Shown one piece after another: positions 52,133 to 64,000 of a stretch of DNA of 64,000 nucleotides; the first letter of the stretch is position 1; every line of letters starts with the position of its first letter. A program made the position numbers and the translations under genes. The notes beneath the pieces are model-generated. The model worked only from the letters and a program-made list of their open reading frames with translations, did no database searches and was not told the DNA's origin. The stretch covers positions 8,372,001 to 8,436,000 of the forward strand of contig CM075991.1 of the NCBI GenBank assembly GCA_038087875.1. The letters are read 5' to 3'. The stretch comes from Malacoraja senta (Eukaryota).

Positions 52133-53914
52133 TAATGCTATACCACACACACACTTGGGACAATTTACAATTTTACCAAGCCAATTAGCCTACAAACCTG
52201 TACATCTCTGGAGTGTGGGAGGAAACCGGAGATCCCAGAGAAAACCCACGCAGGTCACGGGGAGAACGTAAAAACTCCGTACAGACAGCGCCCGTAGTCA
52301 GGATCGAACCCGGGTCTCTGGCGATGTGATGCAGCAACTCTACCGCTGTGCCACCACCAAAGGGAGTTCAGAACTAAAGGAATCACTACTTTTGGAACAG
52401 TTTTAAAATCGGGTGAAAATCGCCTATTGCATCACAACACATAAGCAGCTAACAAATTTCTGAATAGTAGATATTTAAAAAAAGGTTTAATTAGAACATT
52501 TGTCAGCACATTTGCATTCCCCAGACGTCAGTGAGGCTGCGATTCATTAGGATAGGCTATGCTGCCTGCAATATACACGCTGGAGAATAGAAAGGATTCA
52601 TTGTTTGTCTGTGGCGTGCCATCACTTCATTTTGAACTCTGTTTGTGGGAGAAGGTTACTAAGCACAGTGGAACAGATTCGAGGATGTGCTAAAAAGGTT
52701 CTTCGAGGAGGCACACATCGCCACTGCCTCTTGGGAACTCTGGCTCAAAGAGGAGGGGCAGCATTTGGGGAGGCATTGAGAATCTGTAGGCCATGCATCG
52801 GTGGCACAGGGGTAGAGTTGCTGCCTTACAGCACTCGCAGCCCCAGACCTGGGTTTGATCCCACAGAGGGCTGTGGAGGCCAAGTCAGTGGATGTTTTTA
52901 AGGCATAGAGATAGACAAATTCTTGATTAGAACGGGTGTCGCGGGTTATGGGGAGAAGACTGGAAAATGGGATTAGGAGGCGGAGATCAGCCATGATTGA
53001 ATGGTGGAGTAGACTAAAAGGGGCGAATGGTCTAATTCTACTCTTATAACTTGTAGATGTGATCCCGACTACGGGTGCTGTCTGTACGGAGTTTGTACGT
53101 TCTCCCCGCAAAACCTCATGGGCTTTCTCCGAGATCTTCGGTTTCCTCCCACACTCCAAAGACGTACAGGCTTGTGGGTTAACTGGTGTGGTACAAGTGT
53201 AAATTGTCCCTGGTGTGTGTGGGGTCATGTTAATGCGCGGGGATCGCTGGTCGGTGCGGACTCGGTGGGCCGAAGGGCCTGTTTCCATGCTGTATCTCTG
53301 AACTATGCATCGGTAGCACACAGAAGCTGTGCGTAAGCAGTGGAAAGGGACTGACAGAACACACACACACACACACACATATTCCCTGCCCTATTTAGTC
53401 ATAGACCCATGCTGCATAGAAACAGCAGCTCTGGCCCAAATCACCCATACCCACCAAGTTGCCTAACTGAGCTGGCCCCACTTACCAGCACCTGGCCCAT
53501 ATCCATTCAATCCTTTCCTATCCATGTACCTGTCCCGAGTGTCTTTTGAATGTCCTAATTATATAACCACCTCCGTCACTTCTTCTGGCAGCTCATTCCA
53601 CATACCCACCTTTGTGTGCAAAAGTTGTCCCTCAGATCCATTTTAAATCTTTACCCTCTCAGCCAAAACCAATGCCCTCTTGTTTTACACTTCCCTTCCT
53701 CAGGAAAAAAAAAAGTGTCCACCACCGCTGATCTGCCACCACAGACCCGCAAAACTGAAGTGGACGCAAGTCATCCTTAAATCTGAAAGACAGCCCAAGC
53801 GTTGGATGATATTGGGTCAAGGATTTCTGGTTTTGAAAAGAACAAGAAAATGTGGAGCGAATACAATTCATAACTTCCCTTTACTCCTTGCATCCAGCAG
53901 CCTACTCACATTAT

Positions 53915-54228
53915 AGACAATGGACAATAGACAATAGGTGCAGGATTAGGCCATTTGGCCCTTCGAGCCAGCACCGCCATTCAAAGTGATCATGGCTGAT
54001 CATCCCCGATCAGTACCCCGTTCCTGCCTTCTCCCCATATCCTCCGACTCCGCTATTTTTAAGAGCCCTATCTAGCTCTCTCTTGAAAGCATCCAGAGAA
54101 CCTGCCTCCACCGCCCTCTGAGGCAGAGAATTCCACAGTCTCACCACTCTCTGTGCGAAAAAAGTGTTTCCTCGTCTCCGTTCTAAATGGCTTACTCCTT
54201 ATTCTTAAACTGTGGCCCCTGGTTCTGG
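53915..54228 (-). mobile_element. CR1-type LINE 3' fragment
   Basis: SRTRGHSLRIRSKPFRTETRKHFF; reverse copy of the 6562 family. Confidence 0.85.
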
Positions 54229-55787
54229 AAATACGTTGTAACGATTCCTCACTTGGCCATTTTGACTCCGAGGGCAACGTCATTGAGGGGATAAAGAGTG
54301 GTGGATACACGTGGTCAGATGGTCATGCAGTTTGACAATTCCCTGTATCGGTACACTGTGGACGGCACGATTGTAATCATGTATTGTCTTTCCGTCGACT
54401 GGTTGGCAGGCCACAAAAGCTTTTCACTCTACCTCGGTACACGCGACAAGAAACTAAACAAACATCAGGCGAGGAGCAGCGCTTTGGGACAGTGGTGCTA
54501 TTCATGAGTAAGGAGCCATGGATGAAAAGGATGTCACCAGCTTTTCATGGAATGTCTTTTAATACAAGGCATGATATTGGTGATTATATGGAACAGCAGT
54601 GATCCACACTCGAGGGCATGGGCACAGAGGCGATTGCAGAAATGGACAGACTAGAAAGGATTGGGGTTAGCCATTAAATGAGTCACGGGTCTCTGGAACG
54701 GAGCAGATAATGGGGAGAGGTTGGAGTGGGAGAATGGAACGGAGGGTTAGCTCAGAGTCAACCCCTTTAGCAGGAAAACACCCCCCATTTTCAGGTTGTG
54801 CTATTTAATAACCTGCATCTTGTGATTGCTTTGTTTCCCTTAATCTGAAGCAGACCTACGAGAACACTTGGGACATGCCTAGACTCCATTTGGCTGCATT
54901 TTCAACCACCCACGGCTCTTCTGGGGAACATGATTGCGATGATTTGCACCTCTTCATTGCCCCACAGTCAGTCATTCCTGCACAGAAACAGGCCCTCATA
55001 ACTTGCCTATTCTGGCCAAGGTGCCCCATCTACACTAGTTCCACCTGCCCACATTTGGCTCGTATTCTTCCAAACCTTTCCGAGCCATGTACCTGTCCAA
55101 ATTATTTCAAAGATTACAGCACCAACTAAACAAGCTCCTCTGGCAGCTCGTTCCATACACCCACCACCCCTTGTGTATCAGCTGAAGATTTCGGTAATCT
55201 CCTTGTGAGTCTTTGACAAGAAGAAGCTAGTGGCTTGACAGAAAATATGTTGTATGACCACCACATTGCACTAATAACGCCTCCTTTCACCTATTACTGT
55301 TTGAAAGAACAAATTTGCGGCTTGGGCACAAAGTAGTGGAATAACTCAGTGGGTCAAGCAGTATCTTTGGAGAACAAGGATAGATCGGGACAGTTCTTCA
55401 GACTGATTGTAGACCGCATCTGCAGTTCTTCGTTTTGACAAATTTGCAGCTTGGGTCACTCACGACCGTACATTTCATAGATAACAAGTATTTAAAGTTA
55501 GATAAGACACTCTCCAGAGATGCCGCCTGTCCCGCTGTGTTATTCCAGCATTTTGTGTCTATCTCCAGTTTAAACCAGCATCTGCAGTTCCTTCCTACAC
55601 AAAGTGTTTAAAGTGCAGCCTCTGGAGCAATGTTGCCACAACGGGCAGTTTTTGCATGCAGCACGTTCCAACAAATGGGAAGTAACATTAAATTCATTTT
55701 AACCACTGCAGCAGCCAATGAATTAGTTAATTCATGATGCAGAACTCTTACTCTTCAAAGCAACAGCATGATCCAGGGTGGTAAGCT

Positions 55788-56087
55788 GGGTGGCGCAGTG
55801 GTAGAGTCTCTGCCCCACAGCGCCAGAGACCCGGGTACGATCCCAACTATGGGTGCTGTCTGTACGGAGTTTGCACCTTCTCCCTGTGACCGCGTGGGTT
55901 TTCCCCGGGTGCTCCGGTTTCCTCCCACACTCCAAAGACATGTTGGTTTGTAGGTTAATGGGCTTCGGTAAAGATTGTAAATTGTCCGTCGTGTGTAGGG
56001 TAGTGCTGGTCTACGGGGTGATCGCTGGTTGGCACAGACTCGGTGGGCCGAATGGCCTGTTTCCTTGCTGTATCTCTAAAACTAAAA
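55788..56087 (+). mobile_element. tRNA-derived SINE
   Basis: GGTGGCGCAGTGGTAGAG head through tctctaaaactaaa tail. Confidence 0.8.
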
Positions 56088-56109
56088 CAGTACACAAAGC
56101 TTCGTTTAG

Positions 56110-56865
56110 AACCTCTTCAGAGACCTCAATCAGCATGCAGGTATAGCAGGCGGTGAAGAAAGCGAATGGCATGTTGGCCTTCATAGCGAGAAGATTTGAG
56201 TATAGGAGCAAGGAGGTCCTACTGTAGTTGTACAGGGCCCTGATGAGACCACACCTGGAGTATTGTGTGCAGTTTCAGTCTCTTATTTGGAGGAAGGACA
56301 TTCTTGCTATTGAGGGAGTGTAGCGTAGATTCACCAGGTTAATTCCCAGGATGGTGGGACTGACATATGATGAAAGAATGAATCGACTGGGCTTATATTC
56401 ACTGGAATATAGAAGGATGAGAGGGGATCGTATAGAAACATAAAATTCAAGGGATTGGACAGGCTCGATGCAAGAAAAATGTTCCCCATGTTGGGGAGTC
56501 CAGAACCAGGGGTCACAGTTTAAGAATAAGGGGTAGACAAAAATGCTGAAGAAACTCAATGGGTGAGGCAGCATCTATGGTACGAAGGAATAGGTGACGT
56601 TTCAGGTAGAGACCCTTCTTTAGACTGATGTGAGGTAGGGAGTAGGCAATTTAGGAGTGAGATGAGGAAAAACTTTTTCACCCAGAGTTGTGAATCTGTG
56701 GAATTCTCTGGATGTATTCAAGAGCGAGTTAGATATAGCTCTTAGGGCTAACGGAATCAAGCGATATGGGGAGAAAGCAGGAACGGGGTACTGATTTTGG
56801 ATGATCATATTGAATGGCGGTGCTGGCTCGAGGGGCCGAATGGCCTACTCCTGCACCTATTTTCA
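56110..56865 (+). mobile_element. CR1-type LINE 3' fragment interrupted by a Penelope-derived repeat
   Basis: KKANGMLAFIAR...LYRALMRPHLEYCVQF. Confidence 0.85.
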
Positions 56866-57204
56866 ACGCTTCTAAAACTGTCTGGCCCTGCTGCATTGAA
56901 GCAGCGACCAGGACGAGGGAGCTTCACAGAATGCCAGCACAGCAAGACCCTTCAGCCAGCCAACACGCAGCATTTACATTGCAGAGTTTTCCATCGCAAA
57001 ATGCTCCAAGGTCCTTCAGATCATAGGCAGATGCTCAGATACACGAGCAGCATATCTGCCGCCTGCCAATGCTTGGGGTGAATCATGCTCACCAAGCTTC
57101 CACTAGAAGCGTTCCAAATGGTTTTCTTTATGCCAATTTAACAACTTCCATGGCTTTAATAATATATATATTTTTATAAAAGACTGCAACGTGCTAGGAT
57201 TCAG

Positions 57205-57973
57205 AATCACCCGCCACGAGTTGCCTAAGAATCAAGGGATTTCTGTCCCAAGAAGACACTGAAAAACTTGTTGATGCATATATTTTTAGTAGGTTAGATT
57301 ATTGTAATGGCATCTTTACAGGTCTCAATAAAAAAATCAATTAAACAACTGCAGCTTATCCAAAATGCCGCTGCCAGTCTTGACCAACACCAAGAAAATG
57401 GACCACATTACACCTGTCCTTAAATCTTTGCACTGGCTCCCTGTGTGTGTAAGAGGATAGATTTTAAAATTTTGTTACTGACCTATAAGGCACTGAATGG
57501 TCTAGGTCCAAAATACATCTCTGACCTACTTGTTGTATAGGAGGCGCCTAGACGACTCGGGTCTTCAGGGACAGGTTTACTCTGTGTTCCCAGGGGCAGA
57601 ACTAAAAAGGCTGAAGCAGCATTGGGTTTTATGCTCCACACCTGTGGAACAAGCTCCCTGAACACCTGAGGTGTGCAGACTGTAAGCGCATTTAAATCAG
57701 GCCTTAAAACACTGTTGTTTACTAGAGCTTTTCCATAACCCGACATGCAGGTAACCTTAACTGTCTAATTTTAACCCTTTTATGTGCTTTTTAAAATTGT
57801 TTTATTGCTTCATTGACGTTGATTTATTATTCATACAGTTGTCGTATTGCTTATTTTGCAATTTTTAATTATTGACTATTTCATTTTTTCTTTCCTGTAA
57901 AGCACCTTGAATTGCTGTTTGCACGAATGGTGCTATACTAATAAATTAGCCTTGCCTTGCCTTGCCTTGCCTT
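57205..57973 (+). mobile_element. L2 LINE 3' fragment, degenerate
   Basis: FSRLDYCNG...LQLIQNAAA...DHITPVLKSLHWLPV...FKILLLTYKALNGLGP; (CCTTG)n tail. Confidence 0.85.
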
Positions 57974-58921
57974 GTGGCTCCAATGTACGTCAAACCTGAA
58001 CTGGTGTATCAACCATGCTGCTTCACACCACTCTCAGCGAAGGTCTCCACTGCTCGGCTTTCCATCTCAAACTTGGTTTTGGATTGTTTGAGACGTTTGG
58101 TGCAAGTTTAATAAATTGATATAATAACTTGATTAATCATTATGAAATCAGATAATGTGACGTTTAATTGGAAGCCTGGTTAGTCAGCCACCATATAACT
58201 TTTGGTTATCTATTGCACACTACAGATTATCTATATGGAATGATGCCAGAGTACTTTTTTCACTTACCCGGGTACCTTGGTAAAATCACTGGATGTTCTC
58301 GGAGACACCAGGCTTTGTTACTTTGCTAGTCACCAAGCCCCTTATTTAGCCCCACCAATAAATACCACTTTGTCTTCGGAAGTACATTATTATTGGCCTG
58401 CTTTAGGATTCCTACTTTAGTTCCAAACAAATCTAATCATGGCTCGAGAACGGAGTGGTAGTGACAAAGTATGATAGTTAAAGTTAGGCCAAAAATAAAA
58501 CCCCAAGTCCCAAGTGTTATGGGAACCTAGGACACGCACCGTCCCGAAGCCAGGATTACTTTCCGTGCACTAGGGGATCTTTGATGTGCACCCGAGAACA
58601 GACAGGGCTTTGGTTCAGAGTCTCATCCGCGCTGCCAAACGACAGCACTGCCTCAGAGCTGTGCTGGAAAGCCCAGCTCAGTTATTTGTGCTCACGTCTT
58701 GGGAGCGTGACTTGAAAGCACAACGCTTCCCAACTTGGAGGCAAGAATGCGGCCACTGGGCAAGGCTGGTACACAAATACTCAGTCGGGTGGACCAGTGT
58801 ATTTAAATCATGCTGAAATAGTCATTTAAACAAATATCTGAAATATGGCTTTGTTCTTCTCTGGCATCTGCTCAATTTAACCAGTTATCAAAATATACAC
58901 CGCAGCAATCTGATAACAGAA

Positions 58922-59118
58922 TGTTTAAGAAGGAACTGCAGATGCTGGAAAAATCGAAGGTAGACAAAAATGCTGGAGAAACTCAGAGGGGTGAGGCAGC
59001 ATCTATGGAGCGAAGGATATAGGCAACGTTTCGGGCCTGAAGACGGGTTTCGGCCCTATTTCCTTCGCTCCATAGGTGCTGCCTCACCCGCAGAGTTTCT
59101 CCAGCATTTTTGTCTACC
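58922..59118. mobile_element. Penelope-pLTR-derived fold-back insertion with 14-bp TSD
   Basis: Inverted arms; flanking direct repeat ATCTGATAACAGAA. Confidence 0.75.
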
Positions 59119-60760
59119 ATCTGATAACAGAAGTCGGGTTTCAACTTCAGAATTAAAGCAACTTAGATTAAATGCAGCAGAAAAAAGTTTTAGATTTGAT
59201 GGCTATGCCAGAGCAGGCTCTATAACAATCAGTCCCACCCTCAACGTTTCTCCACAACCTAATTATTATTCCTCTTCCTTTCTCAATAGTAGAAAATTCT
59301 GCCATCAGTACTAAAAAAAAATGTGCCTGTACTTAAGACATCCAAAGCCAAAGGGCATAGGTTTCAGGTGAGATGTACAAGTTTTAGAAGGGAAACAAAG
59401 GTTAAACACAGTGCAGCTTAAAATTATTGTACGTTTTTTTTGCAGTTCAATATCGAGAAATAAAATCACAGCACAGGCATAAGTGAAAATGTTAGAACTT
59501 TTCGAGTTCCACGAGCTATTCAGGGGGTGGGTTAAAAGGTAGAACACAATTATGGCACTCCCAAAAAGCTGTTCCAAGGCTTGTGCCAAGTTATCAGATT
59601 TTGAAGGGAACAATTTGTACTCGAGAAACAAAGACATATCTCTTGATCATCTGCTAGTAGACATTTGCACTGGAAATGTTGGCAGCAAACTGAAGAATGG
59701 GCAGCAATGATGTTGCCAAGCCAGGTAGCTGCCACGCCATGCCCTCAAGTGTCGCTCAATGCAGCAGCAACAACAAAAAATACACCTTATATGGAGACTT
59801 CCATGGGCAGCTGTAACAGCATCTAACTGCAAGCAAGTCCCGTCAGGCAAAGGGAGTGGGGCGAGCCAAGAGTGACAAAACTGATTTGCAAAGTCCCTGA
59901 ATATGAAAGTCACTTTCATACGTCGCACGTGGCCTCGGGTTCCTCCGAGGAGGAAGCCAGCTGTCGTTCACCACCCAAACGGAAAACGGAGGGCCTGCCG
60001 AGACTCGATCTCTCCCTGTCGTGCAAGGAAGAACAGTTGAGCTTCCTGCCAGCAGTCCCATTCTCCTGGCATTCATAGTGAGATTGTACCCAGCAAAGCA
60101 CGCTGCACAAACACCAAGCGTTCGCAGCCTCTCCCCACCCAGATATCTATCGGGATGAAACATCTCCCGCAGGCTCCAGGGGCTGTGTGGCAGCAGCAGG
60201 CCAGGGCTTGCATGTGTGTGGAACTAAACACAACTCATTGGCAAGTATTTCCTTATCCCAAAGTTACAAGTCAAACGTCACGTACAAATTATTGGACAAT
60301 ATTTAAAAGATAATGTAAATGACAATGATAAGTTCATAGGTTTTAGGAGCAGAATTAGGCCATTTGGCCCATCAAGTCTACTCCGCCATTCAATCATGGC
60401 TGATCTATCTTTCCCTTGTAACCCCAGTCTCCTGCCTTCGTCCAACAATCCCCGACACCCGTACTGATCAAGAATCTAGATATCAGAATGGCAGTCAAGA
60501 TGCTTTTAGTTATTTCTAGCTTTCAAAAATATCTCGACGAGAGAACATTGAGTAGACCTTACATGGCATATCTCTTTATGCAAAGCTTTCTTCCAGAAGG
60601 AAGATGACAGATCCTCATTCTCCAGGCTGGTCTTTGGAAACATCAAACCAAATCTGATTGCACGAAGAACATTGCATTACTGTCCTTCAGCCGATGGCGA
60701 GTGTGACGATGGGCAACTTCCCAGTTGATTCTGCTTCTTGTCCCTTCTACGCAGCCACAG

Positions 60761-60779
60761 TGACGCCATCTGGTGGCCG
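60761..60779 (-). promoter_or_regulatory. Putative CTCF-binding motif
   Basis: Minus strand CGGCCACCAGATGGCGTCA is a close match to the CTCF core; about 200 bp past the candidate poly(A) signal. Confidence 0.5.
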
Positions 60780-60964
60780 AGCAAGGAAGCAGCACAGCCA
60801 GTTGAGACGAACACAGCCAATCGCTCCTAGAATACCAGATCACGGCCACAACACAGGAAACGTACCAAGATAAGTAAATCAGCCTCGGGAATCAAAGCAT
60901 CTTCGACTGGACAGAATGCATTAAGACGGGACACAAATCAAAAAGGCATGGCAACAGAAACTTT

Positions 60965-63126
60965 ACCAATTAGCCAACAACTTTATTGTGAAAACAATAC
61001 GACTTAAAAGAACCATTTGTAAAGGATTAAGAAACAACGATTATCATACAACAGTAGAAAAAAGATATGTCCAACAGCAAGAATGAATCGTAGGATTCTG
61101 AGTGACTCACTTGACTCCCCATGTAATGTGATCACAGGGCGCATCACGTTGAACTTGCCCTCTGCTTGGTGACGTTCCGTAAAAACTTACACTTTAAAAT
61201 TTAATCCTGCTTCTCTCTGGAGTTTCAACAGCAGTCAAATCCACTGATTGAGAATGCGCGTGTCAAAGACAGCCACCCAATAGGTTTCATGCCAAAGGTC
61301 GTACCATGTGATCCATTGCGCCATTCACCTCTGCAGCGTCACGCACGATTAAAGCACACAAACTTGTAACGAAAGCACACACAACGGTAAACAGGCAACC
61401 CGCTGGGCTGTTCTCAGTGCACACAGCAACATTTCAGCAGCGCTGTCTACCTAATCAAATACCCAAAAGGGACCTCCTGATTTATCCATAGGTTGGTGTC
61501 CATTACTCGAGCATCAAGACGACACAATCCATTTATAATTTACGGACTAGATTGCAATGTAGGGCGGCTCTAGAAATGAAATAAAGTGCAACGCCTAGCA
61601 CCAGTGAAGTTACTGGAGACTTGTGATGGCGGAAAGGGAATTTCTAGGTTAGGATGGCCACCGTTCAGTTTTAGCTGTCGCAAATCAATCTGTTGCTAAG
61701 GATCCAAAATAAATCCATTCATCTAGAAGAGAAAATACACTAGCTTCAGACGCCAAAGCTTCTGGGTACGTCACCTGGCTAGGAATCAAATTTCAAATAC
61801 ATAGTGCTCATGGCCTTGTTATAGATCGGATTTAAGGGATCTCTATACCAAATCACAGATTTTATCCCCAGTGTCCGACAATATCAATCTGCCAGCAAGG
61901 TGTTAGTGAGTCATTTGGAGATTCAGGCATCTGAAAGGAAGATCATGCAATACTTATAGCAGCATTTAGACTGCAGCATGTGTATCTCTTTGAGCCTCCA
62001 ATGTGACATTTCTATCTAGTTTCATGGGCATTTCTTTGATTGTAAGTAACAAGAGAGCAAAAACAAAGACTTGTCAAGCTGAACGACTCAAAGTATCAAC
62101 ATTCAAACGGACACCAAGAGTTATCGAAATAAACTGTAATGGATCACAAGGGTTTCCTTTTGGCAGACGTCCAAACTGCTCCCGTGGCCTTGGTGAACTG
62201 CGTGAACTACTTGCATGAAGGACCGTGCGTGTTCAGCCCTTTTCACAGATCGCTGCGCCAGTAATCCCCCCTGCACTCAATTTCTTTCCACTTTAAAGCA
62301 GACTCCAGTTACACATTTTAACTCAAGCACACATTACGTACTCTTGTACAAACATGGAAACTGAAAAGCAGACCGTCCGCTCCGATACCGCAGTATTTAC
62401 ATTTCCAACGCACGCATGCCACAAAGAGTTTTTTTCCCCTTTAAGTAGCAAGTTTAACCCCATCCGAACCGAGAGCAGTCAAGAGCATGTCTGTGAGAAA
62501 ATGTAGTGTTTAGCTGCGCTATGACACCAATTCAAGGATTGTCAGCTGTGGTTACATTAAAAACACAAGTAAAAATGCAGAGTTCAACAATTTTGTCAAT
62601 GGCAAACAGTACATTCATTCAAGCATCTCGCTGTCTTGCCAAATTAAAAGCTACAAGCAAATCAGATTTATATTACAAAGCTAACCAAATGAGAGTCTCA
62701 CCCTCCCCCTTCATAACCAGTCTTAGTAAACATTCTCTTATTTCGAAGGAGGCGCAAGAATCTCTTTTGATATTCACACGCACAATGCCTAATCATTCAC
62801 GTTTATCAATTCAATGACAAACTTTAAGTTCCCTGGTTAATGACAGCGTTGCATCTTTATTTGAGGACCAGCCTTCGCCACCGTCTTCAAAGCAGTTGAC
62901 CCCAACAAGAGGCAACTTTGACAATAAACAAAACACAAGATAAGAGCTGGCGATTTCAAAAGGTGCCAGTGATTAAAAACAGCAGCGGTGATTTTTACCC
63001 ATGAAGTTTGTGCAGCTCAAGAACTCATGGCGAATGTCAAATTGTTCTTTCTGGTGCTCATAAAGTGTCAAAATTAGACTGCACCGCCTTCTTCTTGGAT
63101 CCCGGTTTCACTGGTTTTATCACTGC
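60965..63126 (-). other. Candidate terminal exon plus about 2.1 kb 3' UTR of an unidentified upstream gene
   Basis: Acceptor tttctctgtttctag| at 63127/63126. Short open frames: xSDKTSETGIQEEGGAV* or AVIKPVKPGSKKKAVQSNFDTL*. Followed by repeat-free sequence, AATAAA at 62856-62861 and 60982-60987, then a GU/U-rich tract. Confidence 0.6.
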
Positions 63127-63559
63127 CTAGAAACAGAGAAATTCATATTTTAGCCACGAAAGCCAGAGTTCTACATTGAAACATTCACTGCCCCCCCCCC
63201 CCCCTGCTTTGGTAATTAGGTTTGCAGGGGAACAATACCCAGCACAATGCATAACGAGGGAAGAATCTGAACAGGTAAATGGCCGTTTTCAACAAGAATA
63301 GCTGAACATTTGTCAGAGGGAACATCTCAAAAGTTACGTGCAGGAAGGAACAGCAGATGCTGGTTTAAACCGAAGATACAAAAAGATGGGAGTACTGTAA
63401 CTCAGCAGGTCAGGCAGCATCTGGAGAAAAGGGAACAGGTGATGTTTCGGGCCGAGACCCTTTTTCTTCACCTATTCCTTCTCTCCAGAGACCCACTGAG
63501 TTACTCCAGCTTTTAGTGTCTATCATATTAAAAGTTATTATTGAAGATAATATAACAGG

Positions 63560-64000
63560 ATGCTAAAAAAAACAGGTAGTTGCATAAAGTCAGTATAGTT
63601 CTAGAGAGAAATCAAGTTTGACCAATATATTGGAATTTCTTAACATGAGCCGTGGATTACAGGAAACTGGAGGATGGGTTGAATTTAGATTTCCAGAGGC
63701 ATTTGATAAGATACCATGTCAACAGTTACTGTGGAAAATAACAACTCCTGGTGGGGAAAGTAGCACATAGCGGCAAATTGAAAATTGGCTGACTGACAGC
63801 AAATAAAGTAGTCACAAATGGGTCTCTTCTGGATGGCAAGAGGTAATCAGCGTTGTGCGACTGGGATTTGTGCTGATGCCTCAATGTTCGCCCAGTTACA
63901 TAAATTAATTGGATGAAGGAATGGATGCTAAATTTGCTGATGAAATGCAGATGGGCTGCAGGACACCAAATCGCCGGTACAGTGTACAAGAACTTACAAA
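63560..64000 (+). mobile_element. Old degenerate CR1 reverse-transcriptase fragment
   Basis: LDFQRHLI/AFDKIP-like remnant of LDFQKAFDKVPH; KFAD(E) motif. Confidence 0.55.

Noticed and set aside
52659..53378. 239-aa ORF
   Set aside because: Chance read-through of a CA repeat, a SINE and an antisense CR1 fragment.
55788..55860. tRNA-like sequences
   Set aside because: SINE heads without a complete cloverleaf; not called as tRNA genes.

Overview
Eukaryotic, repeat-dense genomic DNA. The repeat set (V-SINE/HE1-like tRNA-derived SINEs with CR1-type tails, CR1, Rex1/Babar, L2, L1, RTE-X, Penelope) suggests a cartilaginous fish, probably a skate or ray; that is an inference. The only securely identifiable gene is a minus-strand centractin/Arp1 gene most like ACTR1B. 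Exons 4-11 map at 44398..27606 with canonical GT-AG sites. All have the expected vertebrate lengths except exon 7, which is 92 nt instead of 93, giving a frameshift and an immediate TAA. Exons 1-3 were not found and probably fall in the 200-N scaffold gap at 44512-44711. A candidate terminal exon and 3' UTR of a second, unidentified minus-strand gene lies at about 61.0-63.1 kb. Two diverged copies of a candidate plus-strand terminal exon (3.2 kb and 24.0 kb) hint at an unidentified tandem gene pair. Non-coding highlights: many Penelope-derived short elements carrying minimal hammerhead-ribozyme-like cores, several forming TSD-flanked fold-back hairpins; a Harbinger-like MITE inserted twice, in opposite orientations, at the same site of a SINE; and three local inverted templated duplications. 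Most ORF-track entries are repeat-derived or spurious. Repeat boundaries are approximate.
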